A stretch of DNA of 53,433 bases from an uncultured Gammaproteobacteria bacterium (GTDB taxonomy: Bacteria > Patescibacteriota > Patescibacteriia > S139-126): NCBI GenBank assembly GCA_964493305.1, contig CAZBLW010000002.1:21244-74676 (forward strand), read 5' to 3'. Position 1 is the stretch's first letter. Every line of letters starts with the position of its first letter. The translations under genes and the position numbers were made by a program. Positions 17,292-26,770 of the stretch are shown here, in pieces. The notes under the pieces were generated by a model. It saw nothing but the letters and a program-made list of their open reading frames with translations, was not told where the DNA came from and did not search any database.

Positions 17292-18632
17292 ATGGTCAAT
17301 GAAAAAATATTTAAGGCTTATGATATTCGTGGTATTTATCCGTCAGAATTAAACGAGGAAGCTGCTTATGGTATTGGTAGGGCATTAGCTAGAAGAGGTC
17401 GGGAAAAATTTCAATGTCAGCAGATTGTGGTTGGTAGTGATATGAGGTTATCGGGACCAGCTTTAAAATCAGAATTAATTCGTGGCATTACCGATGAAGG
17501 TTTAGAGGTAGTTGATATTGGTTTAGTTTCTATTGACGCGACTTATTTAACCGTTGGTAAATTGGGTTATAAGGCCGCTGTTATGATTACAGCCTCTCAC
17601 AACCCAGCCGAATACAATGGTTTTAAAATGGTTTTTTCCGGAATGAATTGGGTACGAGGTATAGAATTGAAAGATGAAGTTTTAAATCTACCTCCTCTAA
17701 CCAATACCAGTAAAGGAAAAGTCGTTACAAAAAATATTTTTACTGATTATATAAACCACGTTTTATCATTTGTTGATTTAGCTAAAATCAAACCCTTTAA
17801 AGTGGTGGTTGATGCTGGCAATGGCATGGCAGGAAAGATTGTTCCTCTGTTAGCTGAATATTTACCAATAAAAATTGTCCCCTTGAATTTTACTTTGGAT
17901 GGCAATTTCCCTGCTCATCCTTCCAATCCATTGTTGCCGGAAAGCCAAACAGAAATAAAAGAAAGAACAGTTGCAGAAAAGGCAGATTTTGGTGTTATTT
18001 TTGACGGTGATACTGATCGTTTATTTTTTGTCGATGAATTGGGTAATTTTATAAGAGCTGATGTAACTTTATTGTTATTGGCCAAATTATTCTTAACCAG
18101 AGAGCCGGGGGCGGGAATTGTTTACAATGTTATTTGTTCAAAAATTGTTCCGGAAAAAATTTTGGAATGGGGTGGTCGACCTATTAAATCACCAGCCGGA
18201 TATATAAATATTGCTACCAACATGCGGGCCGAACAAGGTATTATGGGAGGTGAGTTATCTGCTCATTATTCTTTTCGTGATAATGCTTTTAGCGACTCAG
18301 GTTTTATTGCTTGGTTAATTTTAATGCAGCTTTTATCTGAGTACAATCAGCCATTGTCAGAAATTGTTAAACCTTTTTATAAGTATGCTAAAAACGCCGA
18401 AATCAATTTAACCGTTACAGATGTAGAAAATAAATTAGCAGTTGTAAAAAAATATTTTTCTGATGGTGAACAAGATTTTACTGATGGTATCACTGTAACT
18501 TATGAAGATTGGTGGTTAAATGTTAGACCTTCAAACACCGAACCGCTACTACGCGTAACGGTTGAAGCAAACAATGAAGCAATTTTGCAGGAAAAAACTA
18601 ATAAAGTTTTAGCTGTCCTGGCTGAAGATTAA
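17292..18632 (+). CDS. Phosphomannomutase/phosphoglucomutase
   Basis: FKAYDIRG, TASHNP, DGDTDR, GELSAH, VRPSNTEP. Confidence 0.95.
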   Translation: MVNEKIFKAYDIRGIYPSELNEEAAYGIGRALARRGREKFQCQQIVVGSDMRLSGPALKSELIRGITDEGLEVVDIGLVSIDATYLTVGKLGYKAAVMITASHNPAEYNGFKMVFSGMNWVRGIELKDEVLNLPPLTNTSKGKVVTKNIFTDYINHVLSFVDLAKIKPFKVVVDAGNGMAGKIVPLLAEYLPIKIVPLNFTLDGNFPAHPSNPLLPESQTEIKERTVAEKADFGVIFDGDTDRLFFVDELGNFIRADVTLLLLAKLFLTREPGAGIVYNVICSKIVPEKILEWGGRPIKSPAGYINIATNMRAEQGIMGGELSAHYSFRDNAFSDSGFIAWLILMQLLSEYNQPLSEIVKPFYKYAKNAEINLTVTDVENKLAVVKKYFSDGEQDFTDGITVTYEDWWLNVRPSNTEPLLRVTVEANNEAILQEKTNKVLAVLAED

Positions 18633-18654
18633 ATTTATTTAAAATCATTTTTTT

Positions 18655-19521
18655 ATGATTGGTATTTTTGATTCTGGCATAGGGGGATTGACAGTTGTTA
18701 AGGAAATAAAAAAAATTTTACCCCAATATGATTTGGTATATTTTGGTGATACTGCACGGGTACCTTATGGTAATAAATCAACCGATTTGATTCGACATTA
18801 TGCAGAAAAAGATGCAGATTTTTTATTACAACAGGGTGCAAAAATAATCGTGGTTGCTTGCAATACTGTTTCAGCCGTAGCGCTGGATTATTTACGTAGT
18901 AAAATATCCGTGCCCATTTTTGGGGTAATAAAACCAGCCCTACAAGCTGCTTTGCAAGTTACTAAATCTGGTCGCATAGGTATTATTGGTACTAGGGCTA
19001 CTATCAATTCAGGAGCTTTTACCAAAGAATTAAAAGTGCTGTCAGTCAATCAAAGCGAAGACCAAACTTCAATTAACATCCCGGCTTTTGTAAGGCGACG
19101 GCAAAAAATCAAACAGTCGGTCAATAAAAAAATAAAAATTTTTTTTCAAGCCGCCCCTTTACTTGTACCTTTGATTGAAGAAAATTATGTACATAAACCT
19201 GAAGCCGTAAGAATTTTAAGACAGTACTTACAACCATTAAAACAGGCGCAGATTGATACGTTGGTTTTAGGTTGTACACATTATCCAATTATTTATGATC
19301 TAATACATTCTAAGATGAAAAATGTTGCTATTATCAATTCAGCAACATACTTAGCCCAAGAATTAAAGGAATTTTTAACAACTAATCCTGAAGTCGACAG
19401 AAATTTATTTAAACGACAACAAGTAAGATATTTTGTATCTGACCTCACTCCTCACACCAATGATGTAGCTAAAAATTTTATGGGTAAAAATATAAATTTA
19501 GAACTGGCTGATGTCTCCTAA
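18655..19521 (+). CDS. murI: Glutamate racemase with a 25-aa in-frame insertion
   Basis: IFDSGIGG, YFGDTARVPYG, VACNT, LGCTHYP. Confidence 0.96.
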   Translation: MIGIFDSGIGGLTVVKEIKKILPQYDLVYFGDTARVPYGNKSTDLIRHYAEKDADFLLQQGAKIIVVACNTVSAVALDYLRSKISVPIFGVIKPALQAALQVTKSGRIGIIGTRATINSGAFTKELKVLSVNQSEDQTSINIPAFVRRRQKIKQSVNKKIKIFFQAAPLLVPLIEENYVHKPEAVRILRQYLQPLKQAQIDTLVLGCTHYPIIYDLIHSKMKNVAIINSATYLAQELKEFLTTNPEVDRNLFKRQQVRYFVSDLTPHTNDVAKNFMGKNINLELADVS

Positions 19522-19604
19522 AACTGCATAAAAATTGTACTCAGTTATCTTTATAAAAGTTAACAAATTTGTTATAATATTCAGGTAATATTACTTATTA
19601 GTTT

Positions 19605-21824
19605 ATGGCTAAAAGAAAATATAGACTAGGTAACGGCAAATTAATTAATTGGACAAATAACTTTCATTTATCTCCGGAAACAAAAAAATCAATCGGAGTT
19701 GTTTTTGTTTTATTGTTATCGATTTTAATGATTTTGAGTTTGTTTGATAAAGCCGGTGTAGTAGGCGTGTATTTAATAAAAATGTTGCAATTTCTTTTTG
19801 GCCAACTTTATTTTTTATTTCCTTTTGTCTTCTTGGTTACCAGCTTCTTACTGATTGATAGTGAACGTTTTGGCATCAAGACTAATCATTATCTGGGTAC
19901 AATTTTATTGTCACTGGCAGTTTTGGGTCTAGCTCATGTCAATCAGAATGAGGAATTGATGTCCTTGGGAAATTTAGACAACATGGATGGCGGTGGTTGG
20001 TTTGGTTGGTTATTAGCTATACCATTGATTAAATTACTTGGTTTTTGGGCTACCATAGTTGTTTTAATTGCTATTATGTTAGTAGGATTATTTTTGACTT
20101 TCAATACTTCTTTTCAATCAATTCTAACAAAATTTGACAATCTCATACTTTGGCGCGAAAAGTTATCATCTTGGTGGTATCATTTTAGTCATCGTGATAA
20201 ATCTATTGACGACTCATTTACTGCTGAAGAAAATGAAGAGGAAGAAGAACAAGTAGCTGAACCAACTGAGTCAACGGAAGTTGATTTTTCCGCTACAACT
20301 ATAAAAAACAATGAAGGCAAACAGGCGGAATTAATTAGCTTACCAAAAAAATCAATTAAAATCGAATTGCCAATTCATTTATTAAATCCTACTAGATCAA
20401 AACCTACTAGTGGTGATATACAAGCCAATAAAGAAAAAATTAAGAAAGCTTTACAAAATTTTGGTATTGAAGTTGAAATGGGAGAAGTAAGTGTTGGCCC
20501 GACAGTTACTCAATATACACTGCGCCCTATCGAGGGGGTTAAGTTAGCTAGTATTACTGCTTTACATAATGATTTGGCCCTAGCTTTAGCCGCTCATCCT
20601 ATTCGGATTGAAGCCCCAATACCGGGTAAGGCTTTAGTGGGTATCGAAGTACCCAATCAATCAATAGCCACAGTTTCTCTACGCGAAGTTATTTCTGCCC
20701 AAGAATTTACTAGCAGGCAAAGTAATTTAACTATTGGTTTAGGTAAAGATGTGGCGGGCAAAGTTTGGACTGCAAATTTGGATAAAATGCCGCATTTATT
20801 GATTGCTGGTGCTACCGGTAGTGGCAAATCAGTATGTATCAATACGATTATTGTCAGTCTACTTTATCAAAACAATCCAGATGATTTGAAATTTATTTTA
20901 GTTGACCCTAAACGGGTGGAACTATCTTCTTACAATGATTTGCCTTACCTTTCTACACCAGTTATTACTGACGTACAAAAAACTATCAATGCTTTAAAGT
21001 GGGCCGTGGGAGAAATGGACCAAAGATATATTAAACTTTCGCAAACAAAACATAAAAATATTGCCGGTTTTAATCAAGATTTTCCCAACGAAAAATTACC
21101 TTATATTGTTATAATTATTGATGAATTAGCAGACCTGATGTCAGTCGCTGCTCAAGAAGTTGAAGCAGCTATTATTCGGTTGGCTCAAATGGCCAGGGCA
21201 GTGGGAATACATTTGGTTTTAGCAACACAGCGACCATCAGTCAATGTAATTACCGGTTTGATTAAAGCCAATATAACCACCCGCATCGCTTTTGCTGTAG
21301 CTTCACAGACAGATTCTCGAACAATTTTAGATAGCGCGGGTGCGGAAAAATTATTGGGCAAAGGTGATATGCTTTATATTTCAGCAGATATTTCTAAACC
21401 TAAACGGTTGCAATCAGCTTTAGTATCTGATGAAGAAATTAATCGTATTACAGCTTATATTAAAGATCAAAACGGCAATGAGATTGAATATGATGAATCT
21501 ATTACGGAAAAGAAAACCGGCCGGTTTAATGGTGTTGATTATGGTAGTAGCGGCGAAGATGATTTACTTGATGAAGCCAGGAGTTTAGTTATCAATGCCC
21601 AAAAAGCTTCAGCTTCATATTTACAAAGAAGATTGCGAGTTGGATATGCAAGAGCCGCTCGATTATTAGATTTATTGGAAGAAGAAGGAGTAATCGGCCC
21701 GGGTGATGGAGCTAAACCAAGAGATGTTTTAATTGCTCGAGATGAATATGAAGCAACTAGCGAATTTACCAGCGAAGATACTACCAATTTTCAAGAAGAT
21801 GAAGATGAAGTAGATAAAGATTAG
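19605..21824 (+). CDS. ftsK: DNA translocase FtsK/SpoIIIE
   Basis: N-terminal TMs, GATGSGKS, IDELADLM, LATQRPS, gamma domain ASYLQRRLRVGYARAAR. Confidence 0.97.
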   Translation: MAKRKYRLGNGKLINWTNNFHLSPETKKSIGVVFVLLLSILMILSLFDKAGVVGVYLIKMLQFLFGQLYFLFPFVFLVTSFLLIDSERFGIKTNHYLGTILLSLAVLGLAHVNQNEELMSLGNLDNMDGGGWFGWLLAIPLIKLLGFWATIVVLIAIMLVGLFLTFNTSFQSILTKFDNLILWREKLSSWWYHFSHRDKSIDDSFTAEENEEEEEQVAEPTESTEVDFSATTIKNNEGKQAELISLPKKSIKIELPIHLLNPTRSKPTSGDIQANKEKIKKALQNFGIEVEMGEVSVGPTVTQYTLRPIEGVKLASITALHNDLALALAAHPIRIEAPIPGKALVGIEVPNQSIATVSLREVISAQEFTSRQSNLTIGLGKDVAGKVWTANLDKMPHLLIAGATGSGKSVCINTIIVSLLYQNNPDDLKFILVDPKRVELSSYNDLPYLSTPVITDVQKTINALKWAVGEMDQRYIKLSQTKHKNIAGFNQDFPNEKLPYIVIIIDELADLMSVAAQEVEAAIIRLAQMARAVGIHLVLATQRPSVNVITGLIKANITTRIAFAVASQTDSRTILDSAGAEKLLGKGDMLYISADISKPKRLQSALVSDEEINRITAYIKDQNGNEIEYDESITEKKTGRFNGVDYGSSGEDDLLDEARSLVINAQKASASYLQRRLRVGYARAARLLDLLEEEGVIGPGDGAKPRDVLIARDEYEATSEFTSEDTTNFQEDEDEVDKD

Positions 21825-21834
21825 TTTAGTTATT

Positions 21835-22518
21835 ATGGTTGCTTTCACAGTAAGAAAAATAAAGGACGATAGTACCAGTTTGGGTGAATTATTAAATAAA
21901 AAAAGACAAGAAGTAGGGTTGAGCCTAGCCCAACTAAGCCGTCGTACTGCTATAGCCGAAAGATACTTAGCTGCTATTGAAGCTGATGATTGGTTGAAAT
22001 TGCCAGGGGAAGTTTACGTTAGAAATTTTTTGCGGCGATTTGCTCTTGAAGTTGGTCTTGATCCAATCAGAGTAGAAAAAAAATATGAACAAAACCACCC
22101 CCTTTTTTCTACCAGTAGTATTCACAGTCTGCAAAAAACATTACCACTTGCTTCGAAAAACTTTATTGTTTTGCCAAAGTTTATTAGAAATTTTTTAATA
22201 ATTGTTTTGTTGATTTTGTTGATAAGCTATATTGGTTGGCAGGCTAAAGCTTATTTTACCCCACCGCAATTGAATATTTATTATCCAACTGATAATCTTA
22301 TAACAGATGTCCCTACTATTACTTTAAGTGGACAGACCGATCCCGAAGTTGAAGTAGCAATCAACGATATTGCTGTCCCGGTGAATAACGGCTTATTTGA
22401 GGAAGAAATTGATTTACAGCCCGGAGTAAATATTTTAAAAATAACTGCCACCAAAAAAAATGGTCCCAGCAAAGAAACGTTTGTTAGAGTAATGTGGCGT
22501 ACAGATTTAATCAATTAA
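21835..22518 (+). CDS. RodZ-like HTH membrane protein with C-terminal Ig-like domain
   Basis: XRE-type HTH with LPGEVYVRNFLRRFA, one TM, C-terminal beta-rich domain; lies between ftsK and recA. Confidence 0.75.
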   Translation: MVAFTVRKIKDDSTSLGELLNKKRQEVGLSLAQLSRRTAIAERYLAAIEADDWLKLPGEVYVRNFLRRFALEVGLDPIRVEKKYEQNHPLFSTSSIHSLQKTLPLASKNFIVLPKFIRNFLIIVLLILLISYIGWQAKAYFTPPQLNIYYPTDNLITDVPTITLSGQTDPEVEVAINDIAVPVNNGLFEEEIDLQPGVNILKITATKKNGPSKETFVRVMWRTDLIN

Positions 22519-22531
22519 TTTAATATAATAT

Positions 22532-23560
22532 ATGCCAAAAAACAATACTAATCAAATGGATGATAAGCATTTAGCTACGGCTAGTGCTGTTGAACAAATA
22601 AAAAATAAATTTGGTGAAGGTTCAATAATGAAATTTGGTCAAGCTCGTACCATGGTAGTAGACGTAGTACCGTCGGGTTGTTTGTCATTGGATATAGCTC
22701 TAGGTGTAGGCGGAGTACCACGCGGTCGAGTGATTGAAATTTTTGGTCCCGAGGCTTCAGGTAAAACAACCTTGGCTCAACACATTGTGGCCGAAGTACA
22801 AAAATTGGGAGGTATAGCTGCTTTTGTTGATGCTGAACACGCTCTTGATCCAGAATATGCTCAGAAGATAGGAGTAAATGTAAATGAATTATTAATTTCT
22901 CAACCTGATACTGGTGAACAGGCCTTGGAAATAGTAGAAACTTTAGTAAGGTCAAATGGAGTTGATGTTATCGTGGTTGATTCGGTGGCTGCTTTAGTGC
23001 CCAAAGCGGAAATAGAAGGTGAAATGGGTGATTCGCATATGGGTTTGCAAGCCAGACTTATGTCACAAGCATTGCGAAAATTGACAGGTATAGTTTCTAA
23101 AACTAGAACCGTGGTAATTTTTATCAACCAAACCAGACAAAAAATAGGTGTATTTTTTGGTAATCCCGAAACCACAACTGGTGGTACAGCCTTGAAATTT
23201 TATTCATCTGTTAGAATTGAGGTACGTCGCAGTGCTCAAATTAAGCAGGGTGATAAAATTATTGGTAATCGAGTAAAGGTTAAAGTTGTGAAGAACAAAG
23301 TTTCCGCCCCTTTTCGTACCACTGAGTTTGATATTATGTACAATGAAGGAATCTCCCGTGCTGGTGATATGATTGATACTGGTGTTGAATGGGGGATAAT
23401 AAAAAAAAGCGGCAATACTTATGCTTTTGGTGAAGAAAAATTGGGAGTTGGCAGGGAAAATGCCAAAATATATTTACGACAAAATCCAAAGTTGATGGAA
23501 AAAATTTATAAAGCAGTTTGGGAAGCCGTAAAGGAAAAACGCAAATTAGAAAACAGTTAA
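22532..23560 (+). CDS. recA: Recombinase A
   Basis: [42 protein letters not shown]. Confidence 0.99.
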   Translation: MPKNNTNQMDDKHLATASAVEQIKNKFGEGSIMKFGQARTMVVDVVPSGCLSLDIALGVGGVPRGRVIEIFGPEASGKTTLAQHIVAEVQKLGGIAAFVDAEHALDPEYAQKIGVNVNELLISQPDTGEQALEIVETLVRSNGVDVIVVDSVAALVPKAEIEGEMGDSHMGLQARLMSQALRKLTGIVSKTRTVVIFINQTRQKIGVFFGNPETTTGGTALKFYSSVRIEVRRSAQIKQGDKIIGNRVKVKVVKNKVSAPFRTTEFDIMYNEGISRAGDMIDTGVEWGIIKKSGNTYAFGEEKLGVGRENAKIYLRQNPKLMEKIYKAVWEAVKEKRKLENS

Positions 23561-23563
23561 ATA

Positions 23564-23595
23564 AAAAAAACTGTCTCCATAGGGACAGTTTTTTT
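23564..23595. terminator. Bidirectional terminator between recA and efp
   Basis: AAAAAAACTGTC / GACAGTTTTTTT stem between convergent genes. Confidence 0.85.
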
Positions 23596-23605
23596 GATTC
23601 TTTAA

Positions 23606-24163
23606 TTAAACTCTTTCTACGTATTCACCCGTATCGGTGTTGACTCTAATTTTATCTCCTGAGTTTATAAACATAGGTGCTTGAATAGATAGGCCATTTT
23701 CTAAAGTAATTTGTTTGGTAACCGATCCGGCCGAATCTCCTCTTACTCCCGGAGGAGCATCGGTGACCACATATTCAATTTTAGTTGGCAAAGAAATTGT
23801 CACTGGTTTATTGTTGTAAAGTAACACATCAATTTCCAGTCCCTCTTTTAAATATTTGATCATCTCAGTAATATCTTCAGCCGAAAGGCTAAATTGTTCA
23901 TAGGAAGCACCATCCATAAAATGATAGCCATCACTATCATTGTAGAGAAAAGATGCTCGTCGTCGTTGAATGTCGGCTTCTTCGATTTTATCGCCACCAT
24001 TAAATGATTTTTCAATGACTTGGCCAGTAATAAGGTTTTTTAATTTAGTTCTTAAAGTCGCACCACTACGAGCAACTTTTATATGTTGGGTAAATTGTAC
24101 TACATAAGGTGCCCCTTCAATTTCCAGCACACGTCCTAGTTTGATTTCTGACATTTCTAACAT
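23606..24163 (-). CDS. efp: Elongation factor P (Arg32 loop KVARSG)
   Basis: RTKLKNL-TG, YHFMD--SYEQ, PGVRGD, LENG---APMFI--GD-IRVNTDTGEY. Confidence 0.96.
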   Translation of the reverse strand: MLEMSEIKLGRVLEIEGAPYVVQFTQHIKVARSGATLRTKLKNLITGQVIEKSFNGGDKIEEADIQRRRASFLYNDSDGYHFMDGASYEQFSLSAEDITEMIKYLKEGLEIDVLLYNNKPVTISLPTKIEYVVTDAPPGVRGDSAGSVTKQITLENGLSIQAPMFINSGDKIRVNTDTGEYVERV

Positions 24164-24170
24164 AAGAATA

Positions 24171-24262
24171 GAATCTAGAATTAAGAATAAAGAATAAAGG
24201 AAAAAATTAAAATTAAGTAATAATTTTAAGCTAAAAGCTGTTAGCTAATTGCTATAAGCTAA
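24171..24262 (+). repeat. Two heptamer arrays in the rpsR-efp gap
   Basis: 24171-24198: GAATCTA GAATTAA GAATAAA GAATAAA. 24228-24262: AAGCTAA AAGCTGT TAGCTAA TTGCTAT AAGCTAA. Confidence 0.8.
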
Positions 24263-24264
24263 TA

Positions 24265-24492
24265 TTAGCGAGTAGTATAGGGCAGAAGTGCCATAAAGCG
24301 GGCACGTTTGATGGCTTGCGATAGTTTTCTTTGGTGAGTATCGCAAACTCCTGATTTTCTACGTGGTACTATTTTGCCATAAGATGAAGTAAAACGACGA
24401 ATTGATTCGGTGTGTTTATAGTCTATTACTTGAATATTATGTACACAAAAATAACACGCTTTAGTTTTTTCAACAGTTGGTTTTTTGTTCAT
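24265..24492 (-). CDS. rpsR: 30S ribosomal protein S18
   Basis: CYFC, IDYK, GKIVPRR, HQRKLSQAIKRARFMALLPY. Confidence 0.98.
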   Translation of the reverse strand: MNKKPTVEKTKACYFCVHNIQVIDYKHTESIRRFTSSYGKIVPRRKSGVCDTHQRKLSQAIKRARFMALLPYTTR

Positions 24493-24502
24493 ATAAAATT
24501 AG

Positions 24503-24949
24503 TTAAAAAGGAATTTCATCAACATTTATTTCTTCTTCACCATCGTTTTCCAGAGCGGGTTGGCTAAAATCATCAGCCGAGTTGTTTTTAGATGGTGCCG
24601 CGGAATAATTTTGGTTATTGCCGGGACGGTCTAGCATAATCATATTCTCAGCAATAATTTCGGTACGATATTTTTTGTTACCTTGCTGATCTTCCCAACT
24701 ACGAGTTTGTAATCTGCCTTCTAAATAAACCTTACTACCTTTGGTTAGATATTGAGCACAGATTTCTCCCAACTTTCTCCAGGCAACGATATTGTGGTAT
24801 TCCACCCTTTCTTGGCGATTACCGTTGGCGTCATTCCAGACAAAATTGGTGGCCACAGTAAAAGAAGTAACATTGGTACCTTGGGGGGTAGTTCTAGTTT
24901 CGGGATCTCGGGTTAAGTTCCCGATGATCATAGCTTTATTTAAGTTCAT
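24503..24949 (-). CDS. ssb: Single-stranded DNA-binding protein
   Basis: NKAMIIGNLTRDPE, KGSKVYLEGRLQTRSW, acidic C-terminal DEIPF. Confidence 0.98.
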   Translation of the reverse strand: MNLNKAMIIGNLTRDPETRTTPQGTNVTSFTVATNFVWNDANGNRQERVEYHNIVAWRKLGEICAQYLTKGSKVYLEGRLQTRSWEDQQGNKKYRTEIIAENMIMLDRPGNNQNYSAAPSKNNSADDFSQPALENDGEEEINVDEIPF

Positions 24950-24970
24950 AGGAGTAGAGATTAAGAGTTA

Positions 24971-25444
24971 TTAGATTTTTTCTTCAGATAAAATTTCGTC
25001 TAATTTTTTATCTAATTCGTCCAAAGAAATTTTATTTTGATTTTTATCTGAACTGGAAGTATCTCTATCATTTTTATCTTGATCTCGTTCTCGTTTATCT
25101 CTCTCAGGACTAGCTTGCATTCTGGTTTTTTCTTTTTCTCTCTCTTCTCTAGACTTTGGCTTAGTCTTGATAATAATAAATCTTAAAAGATTTTCATCAA
25201 TTTTTAATTTTTTTTCAATACTTTTTAGTTTTTCAGGAGCTAGATTTAGCTCTAATAAAAAATAATAACCATGTCTAAGATGCTTAATCGGATATGCCAT
25301 TTTTTTCCGACCAAAGCTATCTTGATAGGTTATTTCACCACTTTGGGCAATAAAAAAATCTGTAATTTTTTTTATTACAGCTGGTACTTCATTCTCGGCT
25401 AGAGTGCCAGGAAGAATACCTAAAAATTCATAATATTGTGTCAT
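24971..25444 (-). CDS. rpsF: 30S ribosomal protein S6 with charged C-terminal extension
   Basis: YEF--I, GRKKMAYPIK, GYY, LRFIII; rpsF-ssb-rpsR operon. Confidence 0.95.
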   Translation of the reverse strand: MTQYYEFLGILPGTLAENEVPAVIKKITDFFIAQSGEITYQDSFGRKKMAYPIKHLRHGYYFLLELNLAPEKLKSIEKKLKIDENLLRFIIIKTKPKSREEREKEKTRMQASPERDKRERDQDKNDRDTSSSDKNQNKISLDELDKKLDEILSEEKI

Positions 25445-25451
25445 ATTTTTT

Positions 25452-25502
25452 TCCTTTGGTTCATCCCAAAAATATGGGAGACTGCCTTCTAATAGGCAGA
25501 GG
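25452..25502 (-). promoter_or_regulatory. Candidate S6:S18 autoregulatory leader
   Basis: On the minus strand: CCU-CUGCC/GGCAG hairpin, UCCCA/UGGGA hairpin, then ACCAAAGGA (SD) 6 nt before the rpsF ATG. Confidence 0.5.
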
Positions 25503-25561
25503 TTGGTTAATTATTAATATTTTCTGTACAATTTAGGTATGGATAAATTATCACAAAATAT

Positions 25562-26770
25562 ATGAATCAGTCAAGGGACAGACAGTATTTTTTTATTCTT
25601 GGTGGCCATCCGGCATTGTCGGTGGCGGAAATTTGTGCTTATTTATCTCAAAAAAAATATGATTTTTCAATTTGCGCAGCTGGTCATGATTACTTAATCA
25701 TTTCCACTAATCAGACTGTAAGTTCAGATATTTTACAATTTATTGGTGGTAGCGTGAAGTTTGGGGAAATAATTGAAAATTTTAAGTCTTTACCAACTGC
25801 AACCGAACTCAAAGTTTACTTACCCAATCAGGATAAAATATTTTTTGGATTGTCATTTTATCCTATAAATTTAAGGGGAAATTCAAAAGTAACTAGTTTT
25901 CATTTAGGATTAGCTCTAAAAAAATTATTAAAGGAAACCGGACAAAGTGGGCGTTTAGTGACTAGTAAACAAAATGATTTGTCAGCGGTAGTGATTACAA
26001 AAAACAAATTATTAACCAAGCAAGGGGTAGAGTTGGTTATTTTGAGAGGGGAAACTAAGTATTATTTGGGAAGAACTTTATCGGTTCAACCTTTTGAACA
26101 ATTAAGTCAGAGAGATTACGGTCGACCTCAGCGGGATGATCGTAGTGGAATGTTGCCACCTAAATTAGCTCAAATTATGTTGAATTTAAGCTTGTCTCCG
26201 CTGGACGGGAAAATTTTGGACCCTTTTTGTGGATCGGGCACGATTTTACAAGAAGCATTATGGCAAAACAGGCAACACATAATTGGCTCAGATATTTCAG
26301 CTCAAGCTATAGCTGATAGTAAAAAAAATTTAGCTTGGTTGCATAGTCAATATGATTTATCAGTAGGTCATGTAAAATTATTTCAGTCAGCAGTTAAAGA
26401 GTTGTCAAAAATTATTGCCCCCGATAGTCTGGCAGCCATCATAACTGAACCAGATTTAGGACATCCGGACATTAGTCCAAAAAATTTATTAGTAGAGAAA
26501 ACGAGATTAGAAAAATTGTATCTTGAAGCTTATCAAGTTTTTTTTAAATTATTAAAAAATCATGGTAGAGTAGTGATGGTCTGGCCAGTATTTTTTAATA
26601 ATAATTTTTTAAATATTGAACAGTCACTGGTAAAGTTAGGGTTTAAAAAAATATTGTCTTTACCAGATGAGTTGTTGAATATATATCAATTAAACAAAAG
26701 AAATAATTTACAATATGCAAGAGCAGGACAAAAAGTGGGTAGAGAAATTACTCTCTGGCAAAAAAATTAA
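25562..26770 (+). CDS. Trm11-like (COG1041-type) SAM-dependent RNA methyltransferase
   Basis: RDYGRP, SGMLPPKLAQIMLNL, LDPFCGSGTIL, IITEP. Confidence 0.75.
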   Translation: MNQSRDRQYFFILGGHPALSVAEICAYLSQKKYDFSICAAGHDYLIISTNQTVSSDILQFIGGSVKFGEIIENFKSLPTATELKVYLPNQDKIFFGLSFYPINLRGNSKVTSFHLGLALKKLLKETGQSGRLVTSKQNDLSAVVITKNKLLTKQGVELVILRGETKYYLGRTLSVQPFEQLSQRDYGRPQRDDRSGMLPPKLAQIMLNLSLSPLDGKILDPFCGSGTILQEALWQNRQHIIGSDISAQAIADSKKNLAWLHSQYDLSVGHVKLFQSAVKELSKIIAPDSLAAIITEPDLGHPDISPKNLLVEKTRLEKLYLEAYQVFFKLLKNHGRVVMVWPVFFNNNFLNIEQSLVKLGFKKILSLPDELLNIYQLNKRNNLQYARAGQKVGREITLWQKN

